Assembly (NCBI GenBank): GCA_027493955.1
Contig: JAOSJT010000001.1
Location: 261,131 to 325,130 of the forward strand
Direction: 5' to 3'
Origin: Bacteroidia bacterium
Lineage (GTDB): Bacteria; Bacteroidota; Ignavibacteria; SZUA-365
DNA length: 64,000 nucleotides
A program made the position numbers and the translations under genes. Every line of letters begins with the position of its first letter. The first letter of the stretch is position 1. The notes beneath the pieces are model-generated. The model was given only the letters and a program-made list of their open reading frames with translations. It ran no database searches and was not told where the DNA came from. Shown here one piece after another: positions 18,737 through 29,275 of the stretch.

Positions 18737-21700
18737 ATGGTTATTGCGACAACGCGAGTACATCGTCATAGCAGTCAACGCCGCACGCTTGTGTATGGCG
18801 TGCTGCTGTGTTGCGTGGTACTCGTTTCGCTTTTTCCTCAAACTTCCACGTCACAGCTTCTCGTGCGCGATGATATTCCGCTCGAGGAGCTGGTACGAAA
18901 GCACTTCATCGGCGAAGGCGCGAATGTCACAAACATCACCCGGCGGGGCTGGCCAAGGGCAATGGGTTGGTTCGATGGCCGTGGCAGCAATATCGGCCTG
19001 GCAGAAGGAATTCTGCTCACCAGCGGATGGGTCGGCATAGCTCCGGGTCCGAATGATGTGGAGGATGCCAGCTTCCCCGCGTTTTCCGGGGGAGATGCCG
19101 ATTTAAGCGCGCTGGTCAACCGCATCACCTTCGATGCCTGTGTTCTGGAATTTGATTTCATCCCCTATCAGGACACGGTGAGTTTCGAGTATGTCTTTGC
19201 ATCGGAGGAATACGAGGAATACGTCGGCTCACCGTTCAACGACGTTTTCGCATTTTTTATCTCCGGGCCGGGAATCACCGGCAAGAAGAATATTGCCCTG
19301 GTCCCCGGCGTGGCTATCCCGGTGGCCATCAACAATGTGAACCACCTGAGCAACACGCCCTACTACGTCGACAACGCCGGGGGAGCAACAGTACAGTATG
19401 ATGGCTTTACGAAAGTCCTCAAAGCCATGTCTGTTGTGACACCCTGCGAGACCTATCGTCTGAAGCTCGCCATCACCGATGTGCAGGACAACGTGCTCGA
19501 CAGCGGTGTGTTTCTGAAAAAGGGCAGCTTCAATGCCGGCGACGCCTTCGAAGTGCGCGCCATCCGTGACGCCTACGAAAAAGGATGTCAGCCGGGTCTT
19601 TTCGAAATTCTCCGGGGTGGTGAAATCAGCAAGCAGTTGCAGATCACCTTTCAATTGCTGGGTAATGCACAGGAGGGCACCGATTTTGCTCCCATTACCA
19701 AGACGGTGACCTTTCAACCTGGTCAAAGCAGTATGATCATCCCCGTCGATGCACTTGACGACGGTATTTCCGATGATGGAGAAATGATCATCCTCTACAT
19801 CCCGGATTTCTGCAACACCGGCCTCGTGCGCGATACATTGTATATCTGGGAAACCGATCCGCTCACTATTTTGCTTCCCGACGACACGCTGCTCTGCGAC
19901 GGTGGAGATCTCCATCTGCCGGCGCGCATCACTGGCGGCACGGGAGTTTTCAACTATTACTGGGACGGGTATGCGCACGGGGACAGCGTGCTTCACCTTT
20001 CACCGGTAACCGCTGGAACGTACCGTTTTCACGTCACTGACTCTCTGACGGGCTGCTCCGCCTGGAAGGACATCATTGTCCGCGTGGATAGTCTCCCGGT
20101 CGCGTATGCGGGCGAAGATACGGTGGTCTGCGTAGGTGGCTCGATTCTCATCGGAGCACCGGCCACTGGCGGCACTCCACCCTATCTCTATGAGTGGACA
20201 CCAGCTGCCGGATTGTCCGATTCCCGTATCGCCACACCCGTTGCCAGACCCATCACCACGACAACGTGGCATCTGAAAGTCACCAGCGCCTCGGGATGCA
20301 CTGCGTACGACTCTGTCACGGTGGAGGTGAGCGACGTGCGCGTGGATGCCGGGAAGGATACACTGTTCTGCAGAGGTGCCGTCGTTGCCATCGGCGGAGA
20401 AGCGTCAGGCGGCCGCGAACCATACACATACAGCTGGAGCCCGGCCGCGGGCCTGACCAGCACAAATATGCCCAGACCGCTCGCGAAACCGGATGTTACG
20501 ACTACATATACGGTGCGCGTGCGGGACAGAAATGGCTGCGAAACCATTGATTCCGTGCGCCTCGAAGTCTCATGGATCACTCTCGATGCGGGTCCGGACA
20601 GAATGATCTGTCCCGGAGAAAGAGTGACCATCGGAAACGATGCGCAGTGGTCGCATAGCCCGGTTACCTATGTCTGGAGTCCTACGACAGGTCTGGACAA
20701 TCCATACAGTCCAACGCCTTCGGTGCGTCCTCCGAGAAATTTGACCTATGTCGTGACGGCGACAAACGGCAGCGGCTGTGAGGTGAAAGACACGGTCAAC
20801 GTGTTCATTTCCGATCTCTCGGCGGATGCGGGACCCGACAGGGTTATGTGTCCCGGTGAGCCCGTCCAGCTCGGCGGCAGTGCGCGCGGGGGACGTCCGC
20901 CATATTCGGTGCTATGGACGCCATCGATCGGATTGACTGCCGCCGATGTCCTTGACCCCATGGCCAATCCCGATACGTCCACGTGGTACCATCTTCGCGT
21001 CCTCGATCGTGATGGTTGCGCGTACTACGATTCTGTCCGCGTCACGGTCTTTGCCAGACTTCCGATGCGGCTGAGTGCGAGCGGACCGACCTTGCTCTGT
21101 ACCGGCGACAGCGTGACGCTTGATGCTGGTGGCACCATGGCATCGTACAAATGGAATACCGGCGCCACCAGCAGAAATATACGCATCGGCACGAGCGGCC
21201 GCTATTGGTGTGAAGGCATTAGTCCCGACGGCTGTCGCAGCTTCTCGGATACCATTCAGGTTTCCGTGACGGATCAGCCGCAACCCGTGATCACAGGCCC
21301 TTCGGTTGTCTGTACGGGAGCAGAGGTGCGGTATAGCGTGCAGGACGCCGGAGCTGCGGTGTACCGGTGGTCGGTAAACGGCGGTTTTATTCTCTCCGGC
21401 GACGGTACACGTGAAATTACGGTGCGGTGGGACAGCGATGGAAGCTACACCGTCGCGGTAGAAATATTACTCGGGTCTGCCTTCTGCCGGGGTGACACCA
21501 TGATCACCGTCAGTGTCCTCCCCAATCCCCGCCCCGTGATCTCCGCCTCGGGTCCTCTGCGTTTCTGTTCAGGGGATTCGGTGGAACTTCGCGCTCCCGG
21601 AGGGTATGTTTCCTATGCATGGTCCAACGGCGCAACGGGCAGCAGGCTCATCGTTTCTACTGCCGGTCGTTATTCCGTCACAGTGACGACGGCCGAAGGA

Positions 21701-23071
21701 TGCACAGGGGTGTCACCGGAAGTGGAGGTCTTGCTCTATCCACAGCCGCGTCCGCAACTGCGTTTTGTGTCGTCTGCCGCAGTGTGCGAGGGCGACAGTG
21801 TTCTCATCGAGGTGATGGGTGATTATGCCGATATCGAATGGAACACCGGGAGCCGCGGAAAAACGATTGCATTGCGCAGTCCGTTGGTGGTATGGGCACA
21901 CGTGGTCACCGCCGATGGCTGCCGCGGCGTCAGCGACACGCTGCAAGCGCGCATACTGCCGAACCCGCAGCCGGTAATCGTTGCCGACGGTCCGCTTGAG
22001 TTCTGTGAAGGAGACAGTGTCCGCCTGCGAACCAGTGAGGCGTTTGCGTCGTGGAGCTGGTCCGGCGGCGAAGCAACACAGAGTATCGTTGTGCGGGCAA
22101 GTGGTGTTTACGGCGTCCGCGTAGTCAACATCGAGGGTTGCGAGGGCAATGCGGAATCGGTCCGGGTTATCGTGCATCCGAATCCTCCTGAACCGGTCAT
22201 TACGCGTGATGGCCGCCTGCTGCGCGCACCGGCGGGCTATCTTTACGAGTGGTACGAGGATGACGCAGGTTCACTACAGCCGATTCCTGGAGAAGAGTCG
22301 GATACACTCGTCTTCAGTTTTGGCGTTTGGTATCGCGTCCGCGTGCGTACACCGTTCGGATGCAGCGCACTTTCCCGGCCCATACTGATTCCGCTGAGCG
22401 AGATGGCCACAAGTACTGTCGGTCTGCCCGTGCTTACCGCACAGCCGGGTGAGGAAGTCCGTATCCCGATGAATCTTCTTGCCGCGCAGTATCTCCGTGA
22501 GGCGGGAGTGACGACGTTTACCGCAACCATACGATTCAACAGCAGCATGCTCAGTCCGTTGAACGGCGATCCCGGCGGACGTGTGGTGAATGGCGAACGT
22601 ATTCTGGATATCAGCGGGTCTCTTGTCGAGGGTAATCCTGTACTTTCGGAACTGCGGCTCGTGGCAACATTGGGAAATGCAAGTTCAACGCCCTTGATCA
22701 TCGAGACATTTCACTGGAACAACAGCGGCGTCGTGGTCACACGTATTGACGGAAGATTCGACATGCCGGTGTGCGAGCAGGGCGGAGAGCGGCTCTTTGG
22801 AGGTGAAGGACGTTTGCGGCTTGCTCAAAACCATCCCAATCCGTTCAACAGCCATACGATTATCGAGTACGAAGTCATCGAGCGAGGCCATACGCAGATC
22901 TACGTACTGGATATGCTCGGCCGCCGAGTCGCTACGCTCCTGGATGACAGCATAGAGCCAGGCGCATATCGCGTGGCTTTCGACGCCCGGAACCTGCCCT
23001 CCGGTCTTTACTGGACTGTGTTGCACACGCCCGGGCAAGTCGTGACACGGGCTATACGTCTGTTGAAGTAA
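18737..23071 (+). CDS. Giant (about 1445 aa) T9SS-secreted surface protein: choice-of-anchor L domain + Calx-beta-like module + about 12 Cys-containing Ig-like repeats + T9SS C-terminal domain
   Basis: The N-terminal region 'FNDVFAFFISGPGI...DSGVFLKKGSF' matches the choice-of-anchor L family signature. There is a long array of roughly 75-80-aa repeats ('GGTPPYxYxWTPAAGLS...', 'FCxGDSVxLxA...YxWSNG'). The C-terminal 'LAQNHPNPFNSHTIIEYEV...GLYWTVLHTPGQVVTRAIRLL' is a textbook Por_Secre_tail. The start is set at the internal Met at 18737, just before the hydrophobic signal segment. The ORF opens at 18626. Confidence 0.8.
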   Translation: MVIATTRVHRHSSQRRTLVYGVLLCCVVLVSLFPQTSTSQLLVRDDIPLEELVRKHFIGEGANVTNITRRGWPRAMGWFDGRGSNIGLAEGILLTSGWVGIAPGPNDVEDASFPAFSGGDADLSALVNRITFDACVLEFDFIPYQDTVSFEYVFASEEYEEYVGSPFNDVFAFFISGPGITGKKNIALVPGVAIPVAINNVNHLSNTPYYVDNAGGATVQYDGFTKVLKAMSVVTPCETYRLKLAITDVQDNVLDSGVFLKKGSFNAGDAFEVRAIRDAYEKGCQPGLFEILRGGEISKQLQITFQLLGNAQEGTDFAPITKTVTFQPGQSSMIIPVDALDDGISDDGEMIILYIPDFCNTGLVRDTLYIWETDPLTILLPDDTLLCDGGDLHLPARITGGTGVFNYYWDGYAHGDSVLHLSPVTAGTYRFHVTDSLTGCSAWKDIIVRVDSLPVAYAGEDTVVCVGGSILIGAPATGGTPPYLYEWTPAAGLSDSRIATPVARPITTTTWHLKVTSASGCTAYDSVTVEVSDVRVDAGKDTLFCRGAVVAIGGEASGGREPYTYSWSPAAGLTSTNMPRPLAKPDVTTTYTVRVRDRNGCETIDSVRLEVSWITLDAGPDRMICPGERVTIGNDAQWSHSPVTYVWSPTTGLDNPYSPTPSVRPPRNLTYVVTATNGSGCEVKDTVNVFISDLSADAGPDRVMCPGEPVQLGGSARGGRPPYSVLWTPSIGLTAADVLDPMANPDTSTWYHLRVLDRDGCAYYDSVRVTVFARLPMRLSASGPTLLCTGDSVTLDAGGTMASYKWNTGATSRNIRIGTSGRYWCEGISPDGCRSFSDTIQVSVTDQPQPVITGPSVVCTGAEVRYSVQDAGAAVYRWSVNGGFILSGDGTREITVRWDSDGSYTVAVEILLGSAFCRGDTMITVSVLPNPRPVISASGPLRFCSGDSVELRAPGGYVSYAWSNGATGSRLIVSTAGRYSVTVTTAEGCTGVSPEVEVLLYPQPRPQLRFVSSAAVCEGDSVLIEVMGDYADIEWNTGSRGKTIALRSPLVVWAHVVTADGCRGVSDTLQARILPNPQPVIVADGPLEFCEGDSVRLRTSEAFASWSWSGGEATQSIVVRASGVYGVRVVNIEGCEGNAESVRVIVHPNPPEPVITRDGRLLRAPAGYLYEWYEDDAGSLQPIPGEESDTLVFSFGVWYRVRVRTPFGCSALSRPILIPLSEMATSTVGLPVLTAQPGEEVRIPMNLLAAQYLREAGVTTFTATIRFNSSMLSPLNGDPGGRVVNGERILDISGSLVEGNPVLSELRLVATLGNASSTPLIIETFHWNNSGVVVTRIDGRFDMPVCEQGGERLFGGEGRLRLAQNHPNPFNSHTIIEYEVIERGHTQIYVLDMLGRRVATLLDDSIEPGAYRVAFDARNLPSGLYWTVLHTPGQVVTRAIRLLK

Positions 23072-23283
23072 CGCTGCTGTTTCAGGGGATTTGGTTTTTC
23101 TCGCGGCTATTGCGGCGATAAAAGAAACGCAAGGGTTCGAAACCGAATGCACGCGGCGCGTGATGCGGGAGCGATACCGTTCCCAGCTCCCATCGCGATC
23201 ACGATATCCGTTCTGGGTCATCTGCTGCTGTCTCGCTCTTTGTTTCTTGAGCGGAGTCGAACGGAAATAATTTCGTGGCGCAG

Positions 23284-23760
23284 TCAGCGAACGGAGGATT
23301 TCGCCATCGCAAGGATTTTTTTCCATTCGGCCGGGCGGACCGGCTGCACCGAGAGGCGGCTGCCTTTACGGAGTAATTCCATATCCGCGAGTTCGGGGAT
23401 ATCGCGCAAGGACTCCAGAGGGAGCGGCGAGCGGAACTTTTCCACAAAAGAAATGTCGACCATGAACCAGCGTGGGGATTTGACTGTGGCCCTCGGATCG
23501 AATTTTGCGTGACCGGTTTCGAATTGCGTGTGATCGGGATAACCGGCCTGTGTCACGCCGGCAATCCCCACAATGGCGGGTGGATCCCCATTGCTGTGGT
23601 AGAACAACACACCGTCACCCACCTTTACCTCGTCTCGCAGCATATTGCGTGCCTGATAGTTCCGTACACCGTCCCAGCATGTGTTTCCGTCGCGCTGCAG
23701 ATCGTCGATGCTGTAGGATTCCGCCTCGGTTTTAAATAGCCAAAAACACTGATTCTTCAT
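23284..23760 (-). CDS. EVE (PUA-like) domain protein
   Basis: 'WLFKTEAESYSIDDL...CWDGVRNYQARNMLRDEVKVGDGVLFYHS...IVGIAGV' is the conserved start of EVE/thymocyte-nuclear-protein-like domains. The start is at the internal ATG 23760 (MKNQ...). Confidence 0.65.
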   Translation of the reverse strand: MKNQCFWLFKTEAESYSIDDLQRDGNTCWDGVRNYQARNMLRDEVKVGDGVLFYHSNGDPPAIVGIAGVTQAGYPDHTQFETGHAKFDPRATVKSPRWFMVDISFVEKFRSPLPLESLRDIPELADMELLRKGSRLSVQPVRPAEWKKILAMAKSSVR

Positions 23761-24159
23761 ACTGTGCCCCATGAGAAATTGCCCATACAACAACCTACGC
23801 GCTTCAGGCAAGATTAGAAAATGGAACAACGTTGCTCCACGACGGGTGCAAAAAAAATGTGCCCGATGAAAACAATGATTTCCTGAAACACCAACATCAG
23901 GCACTGCTCCGGAGCGGCGATGTTGGAACACTCATCCTGCCCGCGGCCGAAAGCCCAGTATCCAAACCTCTCAGCCGAAGGCCCCCGGTCCGTTGTTCGC
24001 TTTCTCTGATTATACCGTCACCCTCTCGGTGATTACAGAAGGTTTGACGTCATTTGTCCGCATACTGCGGGGGTAATTCACGGCGGATAATTCACCTTCC
24101 GAGTTCATTTGATTCACCCTGTTCATTGAGTATTTTACTCTATTGGACTCTTGCAGCGA

Positions 24160-24300
24160 ATTTCATGCTCGCGTTAAACACCTCAGCACCTGACTTCACC
24201 TTACCCGATCACGACGGCACCCCGTCGCATGGAGAAATTTTCGTGTCAGGACCGTTGTTCCCGTTTTCCAACCCAAGGACGCTTCCCCTGTGTGCAACAG
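24160..24300 (+). pseudogene. Probable remnant of a peroxiredoxin (Bcp-type) gene
   Basis: The short ORF begins 'LALNTSAPDFTLPDHDGTPS', the characteristic N-terminus of Bcp/AhpC-family peroxiredoxins. The match is lost after about 25 residues, and no peroxidatic-Cys motif follows in any frame. Confidence 0.3.
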
Positions 24301-24600
24301 GCAATTGAACGATTCTGAATCGCCATTTACGGATTTTTGTGCCGATGCTGCGCAACGTCCCGCCATGATCGCCAACAGCGCCGGAGAACATCGGACTTTC
24401 CGTACACTCCGTGGTCCTTGTTTTTTCGTGCTTGCTGCCGATGCCTGTGTCACCGGACGAGTGAGCAAAGAACGCACATTTCTGCCAGTATCGGAACTGG
24501 CGTTGTCTCCCAAAGCCAGGGATGTACTCCTTCGCTGCACGAACGGCGCTTTCATGCTAGCGGAGCTCGCTCTGGACCGAATTTCGGAGGTACTGCCGGC

Positions 24601-25245
24601 ATGATACGCGCTTTGATCAGCGACCTCGGGAATGTGCTGCTGCATTTCGACCACCGCATTATCCGCAGGCGCCTGGAAGAATTGTATCCCGGAGTCTTGC
24701 GTGAGCAGGGATCCAAGGGTGCCTTTTGGTCTCTTGTCGGGGATTTCGAAACCGGGGAAGTGGACGCCGACGAATTTCTTCCTCTCCTTGCCGCCGTGCT
24801 GAACCTGCCTGACGGTTTGGACAAAGCCCGGTTTTTCGAGGTGTGGGGAGACATATTCTGGCTTAATCGCGAGTATTTCGATCTACTCACCGAGGTTCGC
24901 GGGCGTGTAAAGCTGGTCATGCTTTCCAACACGAATCCACTCCATATAGACTTCGCGCGCGCGCGTTTTCCCGAGGCATTCGCGCTCTTTGATCACACTG
25001 TTTTCTCCTATGAATGCGGCTTCGCAAAGCCCGATCCGCGTATCTTTCAGAATGCGCTGACTGCGTGCGGCATTGCTCCGGAGGAAGCGTTGTACGTGGA
25101 CGACATCGCTGCGTATACCACCGCCGCGGGCGCACTCGGCATGCACGCATATCAATACGTCTCCACAGACGCTTTGCGGGATGTGCTGAACATCTACGAA
25201 CTCCACGTCACGGCACCCAATCATGCGGATATCACCGGTCACTAA
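24601..25245 (+). CDS. HAD-superfamily hydrolase (subfamily IA-like)
   Basis: Motif I 'ISDLGNVLL' at the N-terminus (DxG type), and motif III/IV 'LYVDDIAAYTTAAGALGMHAY' with the conserved DD. The ATG is at 24601. The upstream part of the ORF is non-coding-like. Confidence 0.7.
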   Translation: MIRALISDLGNVLLHFDHRIIRRRLEELYPGVLREQGSKGAFWSLVGDFETGEVDADEFLPLLAAVLNLPDGLDKARFFEVWGDIFWLNREYFDLLTEVRGRVKLVMLSNTNPLHIDFARARFPEAFALFDHTVFSYECGFAKPDPRIFQNALTACGIAPEEALYVDDIAAYTTAAGALGMHAYQYVSTDALRDVLNIYELHVTAPNHADITGH

Positions 25246-25256
25246 AGGAATAGACA

Positions 25257-25768
25257 TGAAACAATTCTCGCTCTTCGTTCTCCTTTTGCTCTGCGGAGCG
25301 ATGCTCACCAGCAGTGCGCAGGATCTCACTTCGGTGAACTTCCACCTCAAAGACATCAATGGCAAGGACCAGTCCTTCCAGAAGTACCTCGACAAGGTAA
25401 AGGCCGGCGGCGAAAAAGGAGCCATTCTGCTCAGTTTCTGGGCGATGTGGTGTGAACCCTGCAAGCAGGAAATGAAATCGCTCGTCGAGACCTACAACAA
25501 GCTCAAGGACAAGAATTTCCATTACATCGCCATCAACCTCGATAATCCACGCAGTCTCGCGAAGGTGAAAGCGTATGTCACTTCCCAAAAGCTTCCCTAC
25601 GAGTTTTGGATGGACCCGAACAGCGAGGCCTTCAAGAAGCTGAATGGTCAAAGCATGCCCTATTCATTGCTGGTCGACCGCGACGGAAAGCTCATCGCGA
25701 AGCATACGGGCTTCATCCCGGGCGATGAGAAGAAGCTCGAAGATGAAATCCGATCCATTGTGGAGTAG
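25257..25768 (+). CDS. TlpA/ResA-like periplasmic thiol-disulfide oxidoreductase (thioredoxin fold)
   Basis: Signal peptide. The redox motif 'FWAMWCEPCKQEM' (WCxxC) is embedded in a redoxin fold of about 150 aa. Confidence 0.8.
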
Positions 25769-25771
25769 CGT

Positions 25772-27376
25772 ATGAAACGTCTGCTTCTCGTCTTCGCCAT
25801 CACGGTGCTTTGTGCCACCGCTCTCCGTGCGCAGGTACAATACTCCGTCTCGAACTATATGCGCTACGGCAACGGAACGCAGGTGGTGGGCGGTGTCAAT
25901 ACCGCGAAAGAGTACATCGAAAATCAGGCCAGTGTACGCCTGTTTTGGGACGATTTTACAGTCGGCTTCGAGCATCTCTACGACGATCCCCCCGAGTTCG
26001 GGCCGCGTTTCAACGGAATCCGGAAGCGGTATGTGGAATTCTCCCGTGCCGGTCTGGAACTGCGTGCCGGCGATTTCTATACGCTGTACGGCAAAGGTCT
26101 CGCGATGAACCTCTTCGAGAACCGCGGCATCAATTACGATACGCGTCTCGACGGCGTGCGCGGTATTTATCGCAACGACTGGACGAATGCCATTTTTGCC
26201 ATGGGCAAGATGCGATACTATGACTTGCTCAATTCCGAACGCATCGAAACCTACTCCGTCAAAAGTGGGCATATCGAGTTCATGCCGCTGGAATATGTGC
26301 GCTTCGGTGCAAGCATGGTCGGTGCGGAGGGTGAACTGCCCAGTGCCTTCGGTCTGGACCGTGTGCATGCCGACATTCCGGAAGCCATGGTATCGCTCAG
26401 CGGCTACGGATTTGACCTGCATGTGCAGAAAGCCTCGAAACGCTCGTCCTTTCTCCGTCCTCAGGCGGATGGCACGAATGCGTCGGGTTTTTCGTACGGT
26501 GACGGTTTGTACGGAAGTCTGGCCTATACCTCAGACATCGGTCTCGGTGTGACGTTCGAATACAAGGATTACCGCTTCGATCCGGTGGGCGAGGAGGGCC
26601 GCGATCCCAATCGTCCGAGCCGCATGCTCCCGATGCAAAATCCTCCGATCGTACACAAGGAACATGTGTTCACGCTGCTTTCCCGCACGCCGCATGTCGT
26701 TGATTTTAACGATGAAATCGGCATGCAACTGGATGTGTATTACGCAGTATCGCCCACCCTGACCGTGAACCTGAACGGCTCTGCGGCGAGCAGGCAGAAG
26801 GGCTATACGTCGAACAATGGCTTCCTCGTCACGTGGGAACGCGACGTACGTTTCATGCCGAGTCTTGACCCGATGTTCTCGCCGTTCTGGGAATTGTACG
26901 GTGAATTGGAGTGGTACTTCGACGGCGGTTCATTCATACGTGCCGCGTTCAACCGTCGTTGGGTCAATCAATACGAGGGGAATCTCGGTCATGTGCAGGC
27001 GAGTTCGACTTTGCCCATCCGTGTGGAGTATCTGCTGGACGAAGAGTACAGCATCGGATTGAATCTGGAACAACAATTCTTCCATGACAGCTTCAATCGC
27101 ACGAAACCGAACTTTTTCAACGAGTTCGTGTCGCTGTCGCTTGCACGTGCGGGACAGTGGACCGCGACGGTGCGTGTGGAATATACAACGGACCAGAGCG
27201 ACGCTTCCGGAAAGGATTTCTGGCGCGCGGCGGAATTGGCCTACCGCATCGGTACGCATCATACCGCGACCATTATGTACGGGACGGAACGCGGTGGTCT
27301 GATTTGTTCGAGCGGTGTGTGCCGTGAGGTTCTTCCGTTCGACGGGCTCAGATTGTCGCTGCAGTCCCAACTTTGA
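25772..27376 (+). CDS. Outer-membrane beta-barrel protein of unknown function
   Basis: Signal peptide 'MKRLLLVFAITVLCATALRAQ'. It is 534 aa with alternating aromatic/hydrophobic beta-strand periodicity and a Tyr/Phe-rich body. No enzyme motif. Confidence 0.5.
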   Translation: MKRLLLVFAITVLCATALRAQVQYSVSNYMRYGNGTQVVGGVNTAKEYIENQASVRLFWDDFTVGFEHLYDDPPEFGPRFNGIRKRYVEFSRAGLELRAGDFYTLYGKGLAMNLFENRGINYDTRLDGVRGIYRNDWTNAIFAMGKMRYYDLLNSERIETYSVKSGHIEFMPLEYVRFGASMVGAEGELPSAFGLDRVHADIPEAMVSLSGYGFDLHVQKASKRSSFLRPQADGTNASGFSYGDGLYGSLAYTSDIGLGVTFEYKDYRFDPVGEEGRDPNRPSRMLPMQNPPIVHKEHVFTLLSRTPHVVDFNDEIGMQLDVYYAVSPTLTVNLNGSAASRQKGYTSNNGFLVTWERDVRFMPSLDPMFSPFWELYGELEWYFDGGSFIRAAFNRRWVNQYEGNLGHVQASSTLPIRVEYLLDEEYSIGLNLEQQFFHDSFNRTKPNFFNEFVSLSLARAGQWTATVRVEYTTDQSDASGKDFWRAAELAYRIGTHHTATIMYGTERGGLICSSGVCREVLPFDGLRLSLQSQL

Positions 27377-27466
27377 GTATCGCGCGGGTTTCTCCCGCGC
27401 ATAGTTTGGCCGGCCCGTGCCTTCCTCAAGGCACGGGCTCACGCCATGGAACACTACAGGATCGTA

Positions 27467-29061
27467 TGCAAAAGGAAATCATTATCAACGCGTCGGACAA
27501 TTTGCAGAGAGTCGCGATTGTCGAAGACGGGAAACTGGCCGAACTCTTCGTCGAGAGCGAAGAAAAAGAGCGTATGGTCGGCGACATTTACCTCGGAACC
27601 GTCGCAAAGGTCATGCCGGGCATTCAAGCCAGCTTCATCGATATAGGGCTCGAACAGGATGCGTTTCTCCACTATTCCGATGTCAGTGACGCGTTTCGGC
27701 AGGTGCGAACCGAAGCGGGAGACAGAGGGGCGGACTCCGTGGTCGTGGACGAAGCCGCCGTCGTTGCGACAGAGGAGAGTGCGTCCAACACGTCGGACGC
27801 CAAGCCCCAGCGCCGGCGCCGGCGACCGCCGTCACATGTGACGCTGAGCCGCGGCCAGGAGGTCGCCGTTCAAATTTTCAAGGAGCCGGTGGGAAACAAG
27901 GGGGTACGCGTGACAACCGAAATCGCGCTTCCCGGGCGCTTTCTGGTGCTGATGCCCTACGACGAGCTGGTGGGGGTCTCACGCAAAATACAGAGCTTCA
28001 AGGAGAAACGGCGCCTGCGGCGCATCGTTCGCTCCATGCTACCCGGCCGCTTCGGAGTCATCATTCGCACGGTGGCTGAAGGCAAGGCCGAGGATATTCT
28101 GCGCGCTGATCTGGAAGCACTCCTGACGACATGGCGCGACATTGAGCGCACCATGAAAAAATCTTCGGCCCCGGCACTTCTGTACAAGGACATGAATTCC
28201 TCCACCAGCACCATTCGCGACCTCTTTTCAGAAGATGTGCGCAGGGTTGCGGTGGATTCACGGCGCATGTACCGCGAGATTCGCGCCTACCTCAACCTCG
28301 TCGCCCCCCACAAGGTGGACGTGCTTGAGTATCACGGAAACCGCGAACCCATTTTCGATACCTACGGCATCGAAAAACAAATCGAGCAGTCCATGAGCCG
28401 CAAGGTCTGGCTGAAAAGCGGCGGATACATCATCATCGAACATACCGAGGCGATGAAGGTGATAGACGTCAACAGTGGACGCTATGCCGCGAAAAGGGAA
28501 CAGGAACAGAATTCCCTGCGAACGAACATGGAAGCGGCGCGTGAAATCGCCCACCAAATCCGGCTCCGTGATCTCGGCGGTATCATTGTGATCGATTTCA
28601 TCGACATGGAACAGGAAGAAAATCGCCGGAAGCTGTTCGATGAAATGCGTCGCGAAATGCGCAAGGATCGTGCGAAATTTACCATCCTGCCGGTCACCGA
28701 GTTCGGTCTCATCCAGATAACCCGCCAACGCGAACGAGAGAGCGTCCAAATGTCCATCAGCGAAGCCTGTCCCACCTGCCAGGGGACGGGACGCGTGCTC
28801 TCAAAATCGTCACTCCTGACACAGATCGAACGCTGGCTGCGTCGCTTCCGTGTTCGCAGTCGCGAGTTGCGGCTCACCGTACTCGTCCATCCCGCAATGC
28901 AGTCCTTCCTGCTGGACGGAGCGATTTCGCAAGCGGGACGGCTCATGCTCAAGTATTTCATCAGGCTGAAAATTGTCGCCGATCACACCCTGTCCGTGGA
29001 CGAATTCCGCGTTATTTCCACGCGCAAGGGCAAAGATGTCACCAAGGATTTCCATGTCTGA
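27467..29061 (+). CDS. rng: Ribonuclease G/E-family endoribonuclease (Rne/Rng)
   Basis: S1-domain N-terminus 'GDIYLGTVAKVMPGIQASFIDIG'. The catalytic core is 'IIRTVAEG...DLGGIIVIDFIDM'. The Zn-link is 'CPTCQGTGRV'. At 531 aa the size is RNase G-like. It has an Arg-rich insertion 'PQRRRRRPPSH'. Confidence 0.8.
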
Positions 29062-29275
29062 GACCGGGGTTGGTTTGCGGCTGTAACACATTGAAAAATA
29101 AGGCGTTAATCCTTTCCTTTCTGAGAAGATCCGTTGGCATGCCAGCGGATTTTTTCCTATATTTATTGATTGAAAGCGTCGATGCCGGAATGGGGTGGTT
29201 CAGGTCATCCGCCCGGGCTTCATGGACACGCTCTCGGTCGGTCAGAATATTTTTTATCGAATTTCGGAGGCAAGA

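Noticed and set aside
23140-23165. A tRNA T-arm-like string GGGTTCGAAACC in the spacer after the giant adhesin.
   Set aside because: There is no complementary acceptor or T-stem partners and no anticodon-arm structure in the flanks. This is an isolated chance match.
29062-29275. DnaA-box cluster/oriC upstream of dnaN.
   Set aside because: I could not find TTATCCACA or its complement, or a one-mismatch cluster, in this spacer by eye. There are only AT-rich runs. This is left as an open question rather than a feature.
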